From IMG/VR virus record IMGVR_UViG_3300047499_000023: a stretch of DNA of 64,000 nt; one strand, 5' to 3'. The translations under genes and the position numbers were made by a program. This stretch comes from an uncultured virus (IMG/VR IMGVR_UViG_3300047499_000023) (lineage: Duplodnaviria > Heunggongvirae > Uroviricota > Caudoviricetes). Numbering within the stretch: the first letter of the stretch is position 1; every line of letters begins with the position of its first letter. Under the pieces are notes generated by a model, which worked only from the letters and a program-made list of their open reading frames with translations, was not told where the DNA came from and made no database searches. Of the stretch, positions 9,065 to 18,263 are shown one piece after another.

Positions 9065-9945
9065 AGTTCGCCTCGGAGCCTACGAGTACGAATCGCCATC
9101 GCCGCGGCGATTTGCCGTCGATATTTTTCGCGAAATGGGTCGGTCTGATTGTCGCGACCACTCACCCGAACATGTGCGCCACTGCGAAATATCGCCGTGT
9201 CGAAATAGCAGCGACCCGCATGACTGTAGTAGGAACGCATGAGAAACTGCATCGCATCGAAATTGGCGAGCGCCGACTCCCGAATCGCAACCTCCCCACC
9301 TGCGGCGGCGATCAAAGCTTCCGGGGTTGCGCCTTCTTCAATAGCTTTTCGAAATCTGCAACTCATTGCAGCAATGCCGTGATCCAGAAATACTGAAAGC
9401 CCGCCGGCCTGCGCGAGACATTCCAAATGGAATAATTCCCATCTCAATAATTGGCCCCGATGAGTTTCCGACGAGGGATCGCGAAGATTTAAAGCATGAG
9501 TCATTCGCTCCCGCGCTTGGGCGGCGAACCGCCGCCGCCCGCGCTGAAAGTTGAAAGCGAATACACATTGAGAAAAAACTGGCTCGCGAATCATGTAGGC
9601 AATTCGCCCGGCATCGTCTTCCGATAAATCGCGACAAAGATCAACATGCAAAAAATGAATTGGCTTGCTGCTGGCGGCGGCTACCTCAAAAATATCTCCT
9701 TGAATCGCCGTGACACCTTTGCGGCGCAGTATTCTTATTTTCTCGAACGATCGGTCGACGGCGATCAGATTGGCGGGCTTGAATCCTTTGCGAACCGCCG
9801 TGGCACGATCGTGATCGGATTCCCCGGCGAGATATAGCACCAATGCATCGCGTGGTGGCACATAGAGACGGTCAATCACGGCGTTCCAAAGTGATTGACG
9901 CCAATTGTTTTTCTGCCCGTTTTTGTAATCAACTTCGTCGAGCAT
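9061..9945 (-). CDS. putative SAM-dependent methyltransferase-fold protein
   Basis: VLYLAG, LIAVD, IQGDI, FLHVDLC spaced like Rossmann MTase motifs I-IV; visibly more AT-rich than its flanks. Confidence 0.5.
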   Translation of the reverse strand: MLDEVDYKNGQKNNWRQSLWNAVIDRLYVPPRDALVLYLAGESDHDRATAVRKGFKPANLIAVDRSFEKIRILRRKGVTAIQGDIFEVAAASSKPIHFLHVDLCRDLSEDDAGRIAYMIREPVFSQCVFAFNFQRGRRRFAAQARERMTHALNLRDPSSETHRGQLLRWELFHLECLAQAGGLSVFLDHGIAAMSCRFRKAIEEGATPEALIAAAGGEVAIRESALANFDAMQFLMRSYYSHAGRCYFDTAIFRSGAHVRVSGRDNQTDPFREKYRRQIAAAMAIRTRRLRGEL

Positions 9946-9952
9946 TGTTGTT

Positions 9953-10894
9953 CTACTGGGCCCCGCCCGCCGCGATCCAATCCCGCGCAAGCTGATACGA
10001 GCTCGCCGGCAACTCCGACAAATCGAACGCACCGTGATTCGCGAGGAACGGATCGAGATTGACGCCCTCCTCGTGCGCCTGGTCCTTGAGGGCCACGACC
10101 TGGTCGACGGTGAGCCTCGCGATCGGCGGCGTCGAGCCGGCCGGCGGGGTCGGGTCGACGTCCGTCACGGGCGCCGTTTTCTTCGCCTGCGGCGGTCGCG
10201 TCGCGGGCTTGCCGGCGGGATCGCGCGGCGTGACATCCCTAGCGGCGGCGAAGATTCGCTCGGCCTCGTCGGGATCGTAGACGCCCGCAAATCCGAAGGC
10301 GACGCGGCCGCACTGGATGATCGCTTTGTGGCGATTCATGCGCTTCGGCATGGTGTTCCAGGGATCCGTGTCGCGATAGCACTCCTTCAGGTACTCGCGA
10401 ATGACGAACGGCTTTTCGTTGTCCTTCCGCTCGATGATCGCCTCGACCCAGTAATTATCGGGATCGATGGCGCCGTCCGACTCGTCCGGGTAACGGAGCT
10501 CGAGCGACTTGAATTGCGGATGCTCGTGAATCATCCGGATCCAGCCGTCGATGCCGATGATCGGCACGATGCCGCCGTCCTGCGCGAACGCGTAAATCTC
10601 GCGCGTGAACGGATTCAAGTGATACTCCTCGGCCACCACAAGCAGCATCAGCATCTGCTCGTTGGTCACGGGCTTCGCTTCCCCGCCGCCCTTCGGCGCG
10701 CGCTGCCGGAACGCCGTTTGCTTCAACGTCTCGAGCATCTTGTCGGGATCGATGCCGAAGCGCGCGGCGACGCGCTCGATCAGCTTGCCGCCCTTGCTCT
10801 GAATGAGCGCGGGGACGTTGTCGGTACCGGCGGCCGCGGCCGGCGCGTGAGAAGTCTGGGCCGGGGCGGATTGGGTCGTGGTCTTTGCTGCCAT
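9953..10894 (-). CDS. bet: Red-beta/Bet family single-strand annealing protein
   Basis: TLKQTAF, LNPFTREIYAF, IVPIIGIDGW, EYLKEC, PW.TMP.RM.RHKA.IQC.RVAFGFAGVYD.DEAERI. Confidence 0.93.
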   Translation of the reverse strand: MAAKTTTQSAPAQTSHAPAAAAGTDNVPALIQSKGGKLIERVAARFGIDPDKMLETLKQTAFRQRAPKGGGEAKPVTNEQMLMLLVVAEEYHLNPFTREIYAFAQDGGIVPIIGIDGWIRMIHEHPQFKSLELRYPDESDGAIDPDNYWVEAIIERKDNEKPFVIREYLKECYRDTDPWNTMPKRMNRHKAIIQCGRVAFGFAGVYDPDEAERIFAAARDVTPRDPAGKPATRPPQAKKTAPVTDVDPTPPAGSTPPIARLTVDQVVALKDQAHEEGVNLDPFLANHGAFDLSELPASSYQLARDWIAAGGAQ

Positions 10895-10923
10895 TTGCGT
10901 AAATCTCCAGTGATGGGTGAGGG

Positions 10924-11148
10924 TCAATCGGCCTGTCGACGCAGGAACGCCGGCAGCGGTTCAGGTGGGTTGGCGTACTCGATCTCGCGCTCGACTTCCT
11001 CGAGTTGCGCGCGTTTGAACTCTTCCGCGGCTTCGAGAGCGCGGGGATCGCTTCGCAGCTTCCCGACCTCCTCGAGCGCGGCGATCGCGGCGACGAACGA
11101 GCGCCAACTGACGCGGGCCGTGATCACGACGCGCGCGCCCAGAGGCAT
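10924..11148 (-). CDS. hypothetical protein
   Basis: Ends LPAFLRRQAD, resembling the FtsZ C-terminal peptide. Confidence 0.55.
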   Translation of the reverse strand: MPLGARVVITARVSWRSFVAAIAALEEVGKLRSDPRALEAAEEFKRAQLEEVEREIEYANPPEPLPAFLRRQAD

Positions 11149-11444
11149 TTCGGACTGCCGTTCGAACTCTTCGCGGGCGCGTAGCCGACGCGTTTGATCC
11201 AGCCGCGCCGGGCCGCAAACAGCGCGGCCGCGCCCCAGGCCTTGGGGTTCGTGGGCGCGCCCAACGTCGGTGGCGCCTTCTCGCGCGCATCCTCGAGCAT
11301 GAAGGGCTCGACCGATCGGGCGGCGTGCTCGCACAGAAAGCGCGCGGCGCGCTCCGTCCAGCCCGATCCCAATTCGCGCTCCGCCTTGCCTTGGGCGCGA
11401 TGGATGCCGAGATCGCGGCGCTCGATCCAGTCGGCCTGCATCAT
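11124..11444 (-). CDS. hypothetical phage protein
   Basis: RD.GI.RA...W...A...AWGA....AARRG.I motif. Confidence 0.65.
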   Translation of the reverse strand: MMQADWIERRDLGIHRAQGKAERELGSGWTERAARFLCEHAARSVEPFMLEDAREKAPPTLGAPTNPKAWGAAALFAARRGWIKRVGYAPAKSSNGSPKCLWARAS

Positions 11445-11779
11445 GACACGCGCTCCGAGGAGCACTGATGGACGACGGCCGCCGTAAGGCTGTCGAACGT
11501 CGCGCCGCATTCGGAACAGACGAGCGGCGTGTTCCGACGGAACGTCGGCGTCATGCCATAGCGCTCCGCGTCATCGGGCCTGCGCACGCGCGCGCGGCGC
11601 TCCGCGAGCTCGTCCAAGAAACGGGCATCGTCCCGCTGCCGGATGGCGACCTTCTCGCGCCAGATTTTGATTTTCGGCCAGATGGCGATCGCGACGGTAC
11701 CGACGATCGCCGAGAGGAGGATCAGCACAATGACCGCGATGACGTGCAACATGTGCACCGTGTAGGCGTCCTGGTTCAT
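11441..11779 (-). CDS. membrane protein with C-terminal C2HC-type zinc finger
   Basis: N-terminal hydrophobic helix; CSECGATF......HQC. Confidence 0.6.
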   Translation of the reverse strand: MNQDAYTVHMLHVIAVIVLILLSAIVGTVAIAIWPKIKIWREKVAIRQRDDARFLDELAERRARVRRPDDAERYGMTPTFRRNTPLVCSECGATFDSLTAAVVHQCSSERVS

Positions 11780-12042
11780 CGCGCGCCCCCCGCCGCGGTC
11801 GCGGCCGTAGACATGCCCGCGGTCACGCCCATCTCGAAAGCGAGCGACATCGCCAAGCGCTTCTCGGTCGCGCTCGAGTCGCGCGAGATGGCGATCAGCA
11901 CGAGCTCGTCCAGGCTGTAGGGCTTCGACCCGTCAGCGGCCGCGGGCACGGGCGGCGAGCGTTGCCACTTCACGTTCTTCGGGTGCATGGGGAAGCCGTG
12001 AGCGTCGACATCGAGCCGCTCGTCGTGCAAAGGCCCGCTCAT
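11776..12042 (-). CDS. hypothetical protein
   Basis: Coupled ORF in the PL operon. Confidence 0.55.
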   Translation of the reverse strand: MSGPLHDERLDVDAHGFPMHPKNVKWQRSPPVPAAADGSKPYSLDELVLIAISRDSSATEKRLAMSLAFEMGVTAGMSTAATAAGGAR

Positions 12043-12377
12043 GACACGGCCTCGAGCGCCAGCGATTTCTCGCGCAGCCGATCGAACAGCGCGAGCACCG
12101 CGCCGTGCCCCTTCTCGTCGTTCGTGTGCACGATCCCGGGCTCGCCGCGGAGAAGATCCAGGATGTCAGCCCGAAGACTCCCGTTGACGTAGGGCTCGCC
12201 GCCGCCGCTCCGGACGATGGCGCCCGACCCGCACCAGCAGCACGCGCGCTCGTTCTGCGCGCCGACCGGGTTCCCGTTCGCATCGCGCGCCGATGCGCCC
12301 TGAGTCCAGCGATCCCGATCGCGGATCAGCTCCTGCGCGTCGGTCAGGATTTGATAGGTGGATTTCGTTGTCGCCAT
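12039..12377 (-). CDS. DUF6197-like protein, first gene of the PL operon
   Basis: L.DA..LI....WTQG..AR...C..GAI...ND......V.ALFD; GGAGG RBS. Confidence 0.7.
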   Translation of the reverse strand: MATTKSTYQILTDAQELIRDRDRWTQGASARDANGNPVGAQNERACCWCGSGAIVRSGGGEPYVNGSLRADILDLLRGEPGIVHTNDEKGHGAVLALFDRLREKSLALEAVS

Positions 12378-12404
12378 GTCGCCCTCCGTTTTCGATGGGG
12401 AGCG

Positions 12405-12448
12405 ACATTACAACTGCCGGTTGTTATATGTCAACAACCGTCAGTTGT
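12405..12448 (-). promoter_or_regulatory. PL promoter with two operators
   Basis: Minus-strand TTGACA (12429-12434), 18 bp, TAATGT; operators ACAACTGCCGGTTGT (12410-12424) and ACAACCGTCAGTTGT (12434-12448). Confidence 0.8.
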
Positions 12449-12636
12449 TTTATGACAGTGGCGTCATATGGCAAATAGTGCAATCGTTGGCCCACAGTGA
12501 CACGCAAGTCAGGTGTCCAGCAAATCAAATCAACGGACGAAACGAACCGCGGGGGAACGCAGTGCTGCGACGTTTATTCGCCAGGAATCAGGTATTTACG
12601 AACGAGCGCGCGACCGGATGGAAATTCGAGACGCGC

Positions 12637-13059
12637 CTATTTTTTCTTGTCTTCGTTTGGAAGCACCGACCCCAGGTGAGCGCGCGCGAGGTCGACGAAG
12701 GCGTCCTTGAGGGACTCCGGAAGGTCGGGCCAGAAGGGAGCTAGTTCGACCGAAAAGCGATCGCGGGCAATCGTCACGGTGTCCGCCTCGCTTTCGCCTG
12801 TCAGGCCGGCGAGCCACGATGCGTCGACGTGCAGCGTGTCGGCGATCGCGCGCATTTTCGCCTGATCAGGCATCGACAAGCCGCCGAGCCATTTTTGCGC
12901 GGCGGTCGTGGACACGCTAAATTGCGTGGCGAGCCATTTTGCCCGGCCTTTTCTCGCGGGACAGCCCGGGAACTCATTCAACGCCTTCGTGAGACGCAGC
13001 GAAAACTCTGCGCGCGCCTTGGCGCGTTCTCGACCAGCAAGAATGGGTTTCGACGCCAT
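12637..13059 (-). CDS. cI: CI-like XRE helix-turn-helix repressor without a peptidase S24 domain
   Basis: FS.RL..AL...WLA..F.VSTTAAQKWL.G.SMP.......IA..L.V...WL; divergent from cro. Confidence 0.85.
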   Translation of the reverse strand: MASKPILAGRERAKARAEFSLRLTKALNEFPGCPARKGRAKWLATQFSVSTTAAQKWLGGLSMPDQAKMRAIADTLHVDASWLAGLTGESEADTVTIARDRFSVELAPFWPDLPESLKDAFVDLARAHLGSVLPNEDKKK

Positions 13060-13131
13060 GGGCAAAAAGTGTGCGGTGGGTCTCGGTTTTGAATTGATCT
13101 GCTTCAGCAGTTTTTTATACACGGGGCACCC

Positions 13132-13175
13132 AAAACTATCAGTTGTTGACATATAACAACCGCCAGTTGTAATTT
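13132..13175 (+). promoter_or_regulatory. PR promoter with two operators
   Basis: TTGACA (13146-13151), 18 bp, TAATTT; operators AAAACTATCAGTTGT (13132-13146) and ACAACCGCCAGTTGT (13156-13170). Confidence 0.8.
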
Positions 13176-13182
13176 GCGCGCC

Positions 13183-13428
13183 ATGGAATCACACACCCAC
13201 GGCGCCGATACCGTCCCACAATCGGAACACCCCACCGCCATCCAGCTCGCGATCGATGCGGCGGGCGGCGTCGCCCAGCTCGCGAAACTCTGCGAGGTCA
13301 GCTACGAGGCGGTCCGCAAATGGCGTGAAAAGGGCCTGCCGGCCGAGCGCGTGCTCGAGGTCGAACGACATACCCGTGTGTCGCGGCACGACCTTCGTCC
13401 CGACATCTACCCCCGCGAAACGGCATAG
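13183..13428 (+). CDS. cro: Cro/YdaS-like regulator
   Basis: AI..AGGVAQLA....VSYEAVRKW...G.PAER...VE....VSRHDLRPDIY. Confidence 0.9.
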   Translation: MESHTHGADTVPQSEHPTAIQLAIDAAGGVAQLAKLCEVSYEAVRKWREKGLPAERVLEVERHTRVSRHDLRPDIYPRETA

Positions 13429-13709
13429 CTCCGCTTTCGATGACATCGCGAGTCGACCTGATTCGTGCATGGGGAAAAGCCCTAACGGTTGTTCTACGGC
13501 CACATGTTGAACCATTGGTTGTAATCGCGCCAGCGTGTGCATTGCAAATCTTTGTGAATTTTCTACGACTGCGTGCCCGCGCGTCGCGATTTGCCACGCA
13601 AGGCGCTGTTTTTTCTGGACTCGCGCCCCGCGATCGACCCCTCAAAACAACGATAGATGCGCGACCCATTCCCGGTCTGTACGGCACCGCGCATGGAGCG
13701 CCGAATTAA

Positions 13710-14453
13710 ATGGCCCGCATACGTACGATCAAGCCCGAATTCTGGACCGACGAAAAGCTCAGTGAGTGCTCACTGAGCGCTCGCTTATTGTTCGTGGGGC
13801 TCATCAGCCACGCAGACGACGAGGGTCGCCTCGACTACTCGCCGACCCGCATCCGATTGCAGATATTCCCATGCGGCAAGGTGTCTCAGAACCAACTCAT
13901 TGAGTGGTTGGGAGAGCTCAATGAGCACTCACTGATACGAGCCTATCGCGTTGATTCTAAGGACTATCTCGACATACCGGGCTTCACCAAACACCAGCGA
14001 ATCAACCGCCCGACCCCTTCCAGGCTGCCCGCATTCCTCAAGGAGCACTCACTGAGCATTCACGGAGCGCTCATCTCTGGAATGGAAGGGAAGGGAATGG
14101 AAGGGAATGGAACGGAAGGTATCGGGGGGAGTGCAGAGGGGGTGGAGGTCGAGCAACAGCCTCGCGCTGCGCGCTCCGCCAGTCTCGCGACGAGGATCCC
14201 GCAAGACTTCGCTCTGACCGAACCCCGCTCGCAATACGCCAAGGATCAGGGCATCGATCCGATCCGCACGATGGAGGATTTCCGGGATTACTGGATCAGT
14301 GCGAGCGGAGCCAAGGCACGCAAACACGATTGGGACGCTACCTGGCGGATGTGGTGCCGCAATCAGGCGCAGCGCGCGAGAGCCTCGAGCGCTCCGAGAA
14401 AAACTCGATTCGATGAAATCATGGGGATGCGCGATGCAAGCAACGCGAAGTAG
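13710..14453 (+). CDS. phage replication initiator (O-like position)
   Basis: MARIRTIKPEFWTDEK...ARLLF.GL...ADDEG, F.KHQRINRP, FRDYW...WDATWR.W; internal iteron-like repeats. Confidence 0.85.
   Translation: MARIRTIKPEFWTDEKLSECSLSARLLFVGLISHADDEGRLDYSPTRIRLQIFPCGKVSQNQLIEWLGELNEHSLIRAYRVDSKDYLDIPGFTKHQRINRPTPSRLPAFLKEHSLSIHGALISGMEGKGMEGNGTEGIGGSAEGVEVEQQPRAARSASLATRIPQDFALTEPRSQYAKDQGIDPIRTMEDFRDYWISASGAKARKHDWDATWRMWCRNQAQRARASSAPRKTRFDEIMGMRDASNAK
13757..14120. repeat. Putative origin: iteron-like GAGCACTCACT repeats and a purine-rich tract
   Basis: Palindrome GCTCAGTGAG-TG-CTCACTGAGC at 13757-13778; TGAGCACTCACTGA at 13922; three 11-bp units from 14043; GGAA(T/G)G tract at about 14079-14120. 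Confidence 0.6.
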
Positions 14454-14991
14454 CCGGCGGGCCGATCGGGTCTGGGACCGGCTGATTCAGTCCTACGGGA
14501 CGAAGATGGCGGAAGCCTACGGTGTCGACATACCCAAGCCGTGGGTCGATGTGATCGAGGATTTGACCGACGAGCAGATTGCTCACGGGCTGAAAGCCGT
14601 CACGCGCATCGAGCCATCGTTCCCGCCGACGCTCGGGGTTTTCCAAAAGGCGTGCACCGACATGCCGCTCGCCCAGGCGCAACGCGGCGGGCCCACGCTG
14701 CAGGAGCAACTGCTCGAGTACGCGAAAGCAAAACTCAAGGGTCGCGTTCACGTCGGCACGCTCGACTACTCCGGCCCCTGGACGTACGTCTATCGCGAGT
14801 GGTTCGACGGCAAGCGTTGTGCCGAGTGTGTTGGCGTCGTGCTAGAGCTCCCGAACGATGTGCGCCTCGGATTCTCCACCGCGCAGATGCTCGCCGACAC
14901 CGAGGGCCATCAGCGCGCCATGCGGATGTTTCGGCCCGGGCCCGCACCCAATCGGGCGCAGCGTGATCTTTTGGCGCAGATCGCATCATGA
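14434..14991 (+). CDS. replication protein P-like (helicase loader position)
   Basis: W.RL...YG......YG......W...+.DLT..QI..GL.......FPPTL..F..AC. Confidence 0.65.
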   Translation: MQATRSSRRADRVWDRLIQSYGTKMAEAYGVDIPKPWVDVIEDLTDEQIAHGLKAVTRIEPSFPPTLGVFQKACTDMPLAQAQRGGPTLQEQLLEYAKAKLKGRVHVGTLDYSGPWTYVYREWFDGKRCAECVGVVLELPNDVRLGFSTAQMLADTEGHQRAMRMFRPGPAPNRAQRDLLAQIAS

Positions 14992-15248
14992 GCGGCAACG
15001 CGGAGAGTTTCTTTGCGAGGCGCGTGCGCGAGGAATGCGGCAAGAGCGTGTACGAGGTCGCCACCGATCCGGACGCGATGCGCCAGCGCATATGCGCGGC
15101 GATCATCTCCTCGGGTCTTGCGGAGATTACTTTCGGACGGCGTCACGATGGCTCGATCGAGACGTTTCGCCAAGCCTACGAGCGCTTCTATGGACTCCCA
15201 CTACAACCACCACCAGGGGACACGAATGGAACAAATCGCACTGGATAA
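14988..15248 (+). CDS. hypothetical protein
   Basis: ATGA-coupled ORF. Confidence 0.6.
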   Translation: MSGNAESFFARRVREECGKSVYEVATDPDAMRQRICAAIISSGLAEITFGRRHDGSIETFRQAYERFYGLPLQPPPGDTNGTNRTG

Positions 15249-15846
15249 ACGGCCCTGCATTTTGGGCGTGAGCTTGAACACGCCGACGCAGAAGCACGGC
15301 GATGAGCGGGTGCCGGCCAAGGGCATTCGGGTAAAAAATATTCTGCTCACCAAGGAGGAGCTCAACACGTTCTTCGACGACAAGCATGCCTGGGACATGC
15401 TGTACGTCGAGCACAAAGGCAAGCCGGCCGAGCCCTTCTGGACTGGGAAATTGGGATCGCTTCCGGTCCCCGGCAAATGGAAGGGATCGGTGGGCACCAT
15501 CCATTTCGGCGTGCACGACTACCACGTCACGTTCGTCGAAGCGGTGATTTCGAAGGTGCTGCTCGAGCCGCAGACGGGCGGCCTTACCGCCATGTCGATC
15601 ACGCTGCTCGCCTTGAAGGCGCGGATCAGCGGGGAGCTCGCGCGGCTCGATGAGTATCTCGGCAAAAACGTGTCGATCGCGCTCGAATTTGGCGATCCGG
15701 ACGAGGAGGACAGCGACGAGGAATCGGACGTCGACGAGGAGCAGGAGTCGCTCGATCTCACGCCGGGCGGCAAGGTCGATGCGACCGAGGACGAGAAGCC
15801 GGCACGCCGCCGGCGTCGGCCCTCCGACGGGGCCACGGTGAACTGA
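15226..15846 (+). CDS. hypothetical phage protein with acidic tail
   Basis: AGGGG RBS; N...QKHG.E.VPA motif; Asp/Glu-rich C-terminus. Confidence 0.7.
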   Translation: MEQIALDKRPCILGVSLNTPTQKHGDERVPAKGIRVKNILLTKEELNTFFDDKHAWDMLYVEHKGKPAEPFWTGKLGSLPVPGKWKGSVGTIHFGVHDYHVTFVEAVISKVLLEPQTGGLTAMSITLLALKARISGELARLDEYLGKNVSIALEFGDPDEEDSDEESDVDEEQESLDLTPGGKVDATEDEKPARRRRRPSDGATVN

Positions 15847-15884
15847 TAACGATCAATCTTCAAGCAGCCAACAGGAGAATTCGA

Positions 15885-16064
15885 ATGGAAGAAATTCAGC
15901 TAGGTCAAAAGGCAACCGACACGGCGACCGGCTATACGGGAACTGTCGTCGCGTGCGCCAAATACCTTCATGGCAGTGATCAATTGCTGATCGTCTCGAA
16001 AAACGAAACCAACAATTCAATCAGCGAGGAGTGGGTCGTTCGAGAGCGGTGCGTCAAGGCCTGA
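15885..16064 (+). CDS. small SH3-like hypothetical protein (59 aa, not in ORF track)
   Basis: AGGAG RBS; MEEIQLGQKATDTATGYTGTVVA. Confidence 0.65.
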   Translation: MEEIQLGQKATDTATGYTGTVVACAKYLHGSDQLLIVSKNETNNSISEEWVVRERCVKA

Positions 16065-16065
16065 G

Positions 16066-16620
16066 ATGGCGATCACCGTGCGCGTCGGCGATGAGTGGGC
16101 AGCCTTCGAGCCGCAAGGCACGCAGGGCAAGCTCATTGCCGATGCGCCGCCGGTGAAACCTGCGAAACCCAAGCGGCCGAGCCAGACCAAGGTGGCCGAG
16201 GAAAAATACGCGTTCCAATGCGAAGCGTATCGACTGCCGCGCGTCGAGCGCGGACTCATGTTTGCTCGAGGGATCGGAAGGCGGTGGCAATTCGATTTCG
16301 CTTTCGCCGAGTACATGCTGGCGGTGGAGATCGAGGGCTTGATGGTGCAGCGGTTCAACGGCCGGCTGCTTTGCACGGGGCGCCACACGACGCCCGGTGG
16401 GTTTGAAGGGGACTGCGAAAAATACGCGACCGCAGTGCTCTTGGGATGGACCGTGGTGCGCTTCATGACGAAACAGGTGCCGTCGAAATACGCCATCGAC
16501 ATGACGCAGCGGATCTTGATGTCTCGAGGATGGAAGGGAGCCAATCATGCAAGCGAATCTACCGCCGCGAGCCCCGCGGCTGCCCCGGGATCACTTCTAC
16601 CCAAAATCGACCGCGGCTGA
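16066..16620 (+). CDS. PD-(D/E)xK (Vsr/DUF559-like) endonuclease, putative resolvase
   Basis: RRWQFDFAF....LAVEIEG...GRH....GF.GDCEKY..A...GW.V.RF. Confidence 0.8.
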   Translation: MAITVRVGDEWAAFEPQGTQGKLIADAPPVKPAKPKRPSQTKVAEEKYAFQCEAYRLPRVERGLMFARGIGRRWQFDFAFAEYMLAVEIEGLMVQRFNGRLLCTGRHTTPGGFEGDCEKYATAVLLGWTVVRFMTKQVPSKYAIDMTQRILMSRGWKGANHASESTAASPAAAPGSLLPKIDRG

Positions 16621-16689
16621 GGCGTTACGAGCGCTGATCTACGTGGCGCTTATCGCCGCGCTCATCGCGTGGACCGTGCTGCTCCACCG

Positions 16690-16863
16690 ATGAACGGCAA
16701 GCGGCAGTTCGAAGTCGTGCAAGTGTTCTACGACGGCAGCCAACAGCGATACACCGTCTGGGCCCGCACCTACGAAAGCGCCTGGCGTAATCGACTGGCG
16801 CATGCCGAGCATTTGCTGCACACCCGCTCGTTCACGATTCACGAGATCGGCTGCTTTGGATAA
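16690..16863 (+). CDS. hypothetical protein
   Basis: Coupled ORF; F.V.Q.F.DG pattern. Confidence 0.5.
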   Translation: MNGKRQFEVVQVFYDGSQQRYTVWARTYESAWRNRLAHAEHLLHTRSFTIHEIGCFG

Positions 16864-17063
16864 TCGATTCGACCAGCGCGGGTATCTGGTCCGCCAAATC
16901 TTCGGCCGCCGCCGGCGCCAGGTGTTTGTCATTCCGGGTGCCGTCCGCACCCGTAGCTGGAAATTCAAAAACGGCGCCGCCGTTCAAACGCAATCACTGA
17001 CCGATGCCCACGAGTGGCTCGACCGCCTCGTTCAAAAACATCAGCACCGCGAAAAGGAAAACC

Positions 17064-17381
17064 ATGGAGAGATCGCCTCGCACATCGCCGCCGCCAGCCA
17101 ATGGCGCCGAAACGCCCGCCCCGATGCCGCCTTTCAGCTTGAAGGATCCGGCCACGGGTCAGATTCGCGCTTTTCGCGAGATGACCGACGCCGAGATCGA
17201 TCGGCATTTGCAGGAGTCCGAGAAGGAGGCAAAGTTCCATCGACATAACGGCGAGATCGCCGAGCAGAATCGATTGATGTCGCAATCGGCGCTGAACAAT
17301 CTGACCGCGCTCATGGCGATCTTGCAGTACGAGCGGCATCGCCGCTCCGTCGTCGGCCTCACACTCCCACCCGGCGTTTAG
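17064..17381 (+). CDS. hypothetical protein
   Basis: AAGGA RBS, ORF in the delayed-early operon. Confidence 0.55.
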   Translation: MERSPRTSPPPANGAETPAPMPPFSLKDPATGQIRAFREMTDAEIDRHLQESEKEAKFHRHNGEIAEQNRLMSQSALNNLTALMAILQYERHRRSVVGLTLPPGV

Positions 17382-17394
17382 GATTGCCCCGCTG

Positions 17395-17784
17395 ATGCGC
17401 GCCGCACCCCGGCTCACCGACCTCGACAATGAGAAATTTGTCGATCTCGTGATCTACGCCTGGGCGTGTTGGACGGGCCGATCGGCTTTGAACTTGAACC
17501 CGACCAGCGCCGGGAATCTCATGGGCGTCGTCTCCGCGCCGGAGGAGGCGCGCTACGAGCTCCCGCTCTCCGACGATCAGTTCCTCCTGGTCGATCGGCG
17601 TTACAGCGAGCTCGCCAAGCAACACCGGCGCGTGATCGAGGTCGAGTATTTCAAAGGCGGCTTCACCGATCGGGACTTAAAGCGCCACCGGATCACTCGC
17701 TACGAATGGCGACTACGCACGCGTACCGCAAAATTGGCGATGTATGATTCGCTCCTCCCAGAAATCGAGGATTGGCGCCCATGA
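17395..17784 (+). CDS. antitermination Q-like / late regulator
   Basis: L...WA.W at N-terminus, VD......L....R.VI..EY, HTH-like C-terminus; position before late genes. Confidence 0.6.
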   Translation: MRAAPRLTDLDNEKFVDLVIYAWACWTGRSALNLNPTSAGNLMGVVSAPEEARYELPLSDDQFLLVDRRYSELAKQHRRVIEVEYFKGGFTDRDLKRHRITRYEWRLRTRTAKLAMYDSLLPEIEDWRP

Positions 17785-18263
17785 CGGTTTATTCGATGAA
17801 CGAATTCACCGCTGACGGCCGCCTTCGAGGAACCTACGTTTACATGCTGCTCTGCCAAATGGAGTTTGGCCCCATCCATATCGGCGTCGGCCGAGCCAAG
17901 GAGCCGCTGCAGCGCCTCGCTAAATTGAGATCCGCCTGCCCGGTCATCCCGCGAATCATCGCGCTCGCCGAGCTCGCCAACGAACGGAAGGCCAGCGCCG
18001 TCGAACGCGATCTCCACGTCGAACTGAATCGCTGGCATACGCACCTATCCTGGTTCCGGGTGGATCCGATGCAACGCACGGAATTCAACGCCGCCTGGAA
18101 GGCCGCCGTCGCCAAGCACTCGACGCCAAGCCGCCCCATCGAATTCCGCCAGTACGACGTAGAAACCCTCATTGAGCAGCGCAAGAAAAAACAGCAAATG
18201 CACCGCCTGAACTTCGCCCGACGCGGCGCCGTGTTTCAGGATTTTGTGAAGCAAGGCTCATAG
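17781..18263 (+). CDS. GIY-YIG / T5orf172-like protein
   Basis: YVYM...IGVG.A..P..RL..L....P...ER.LH......SWF. Confidence 0.7.
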   Translation: MTVYSMNEFTADGRLRGTYVYMLLCQMEFGPIHIGVGRAKEPLQRLAKLRSACPVIPRIIALAELANERKASAVERDLHVELNRWHTHLSWFRVDPMQRTEFNAAWKAAVAKHSTPSRPIEFRQYDVETLIEQRKKKQQMHRLNFARRGAVFQDFVKQGS

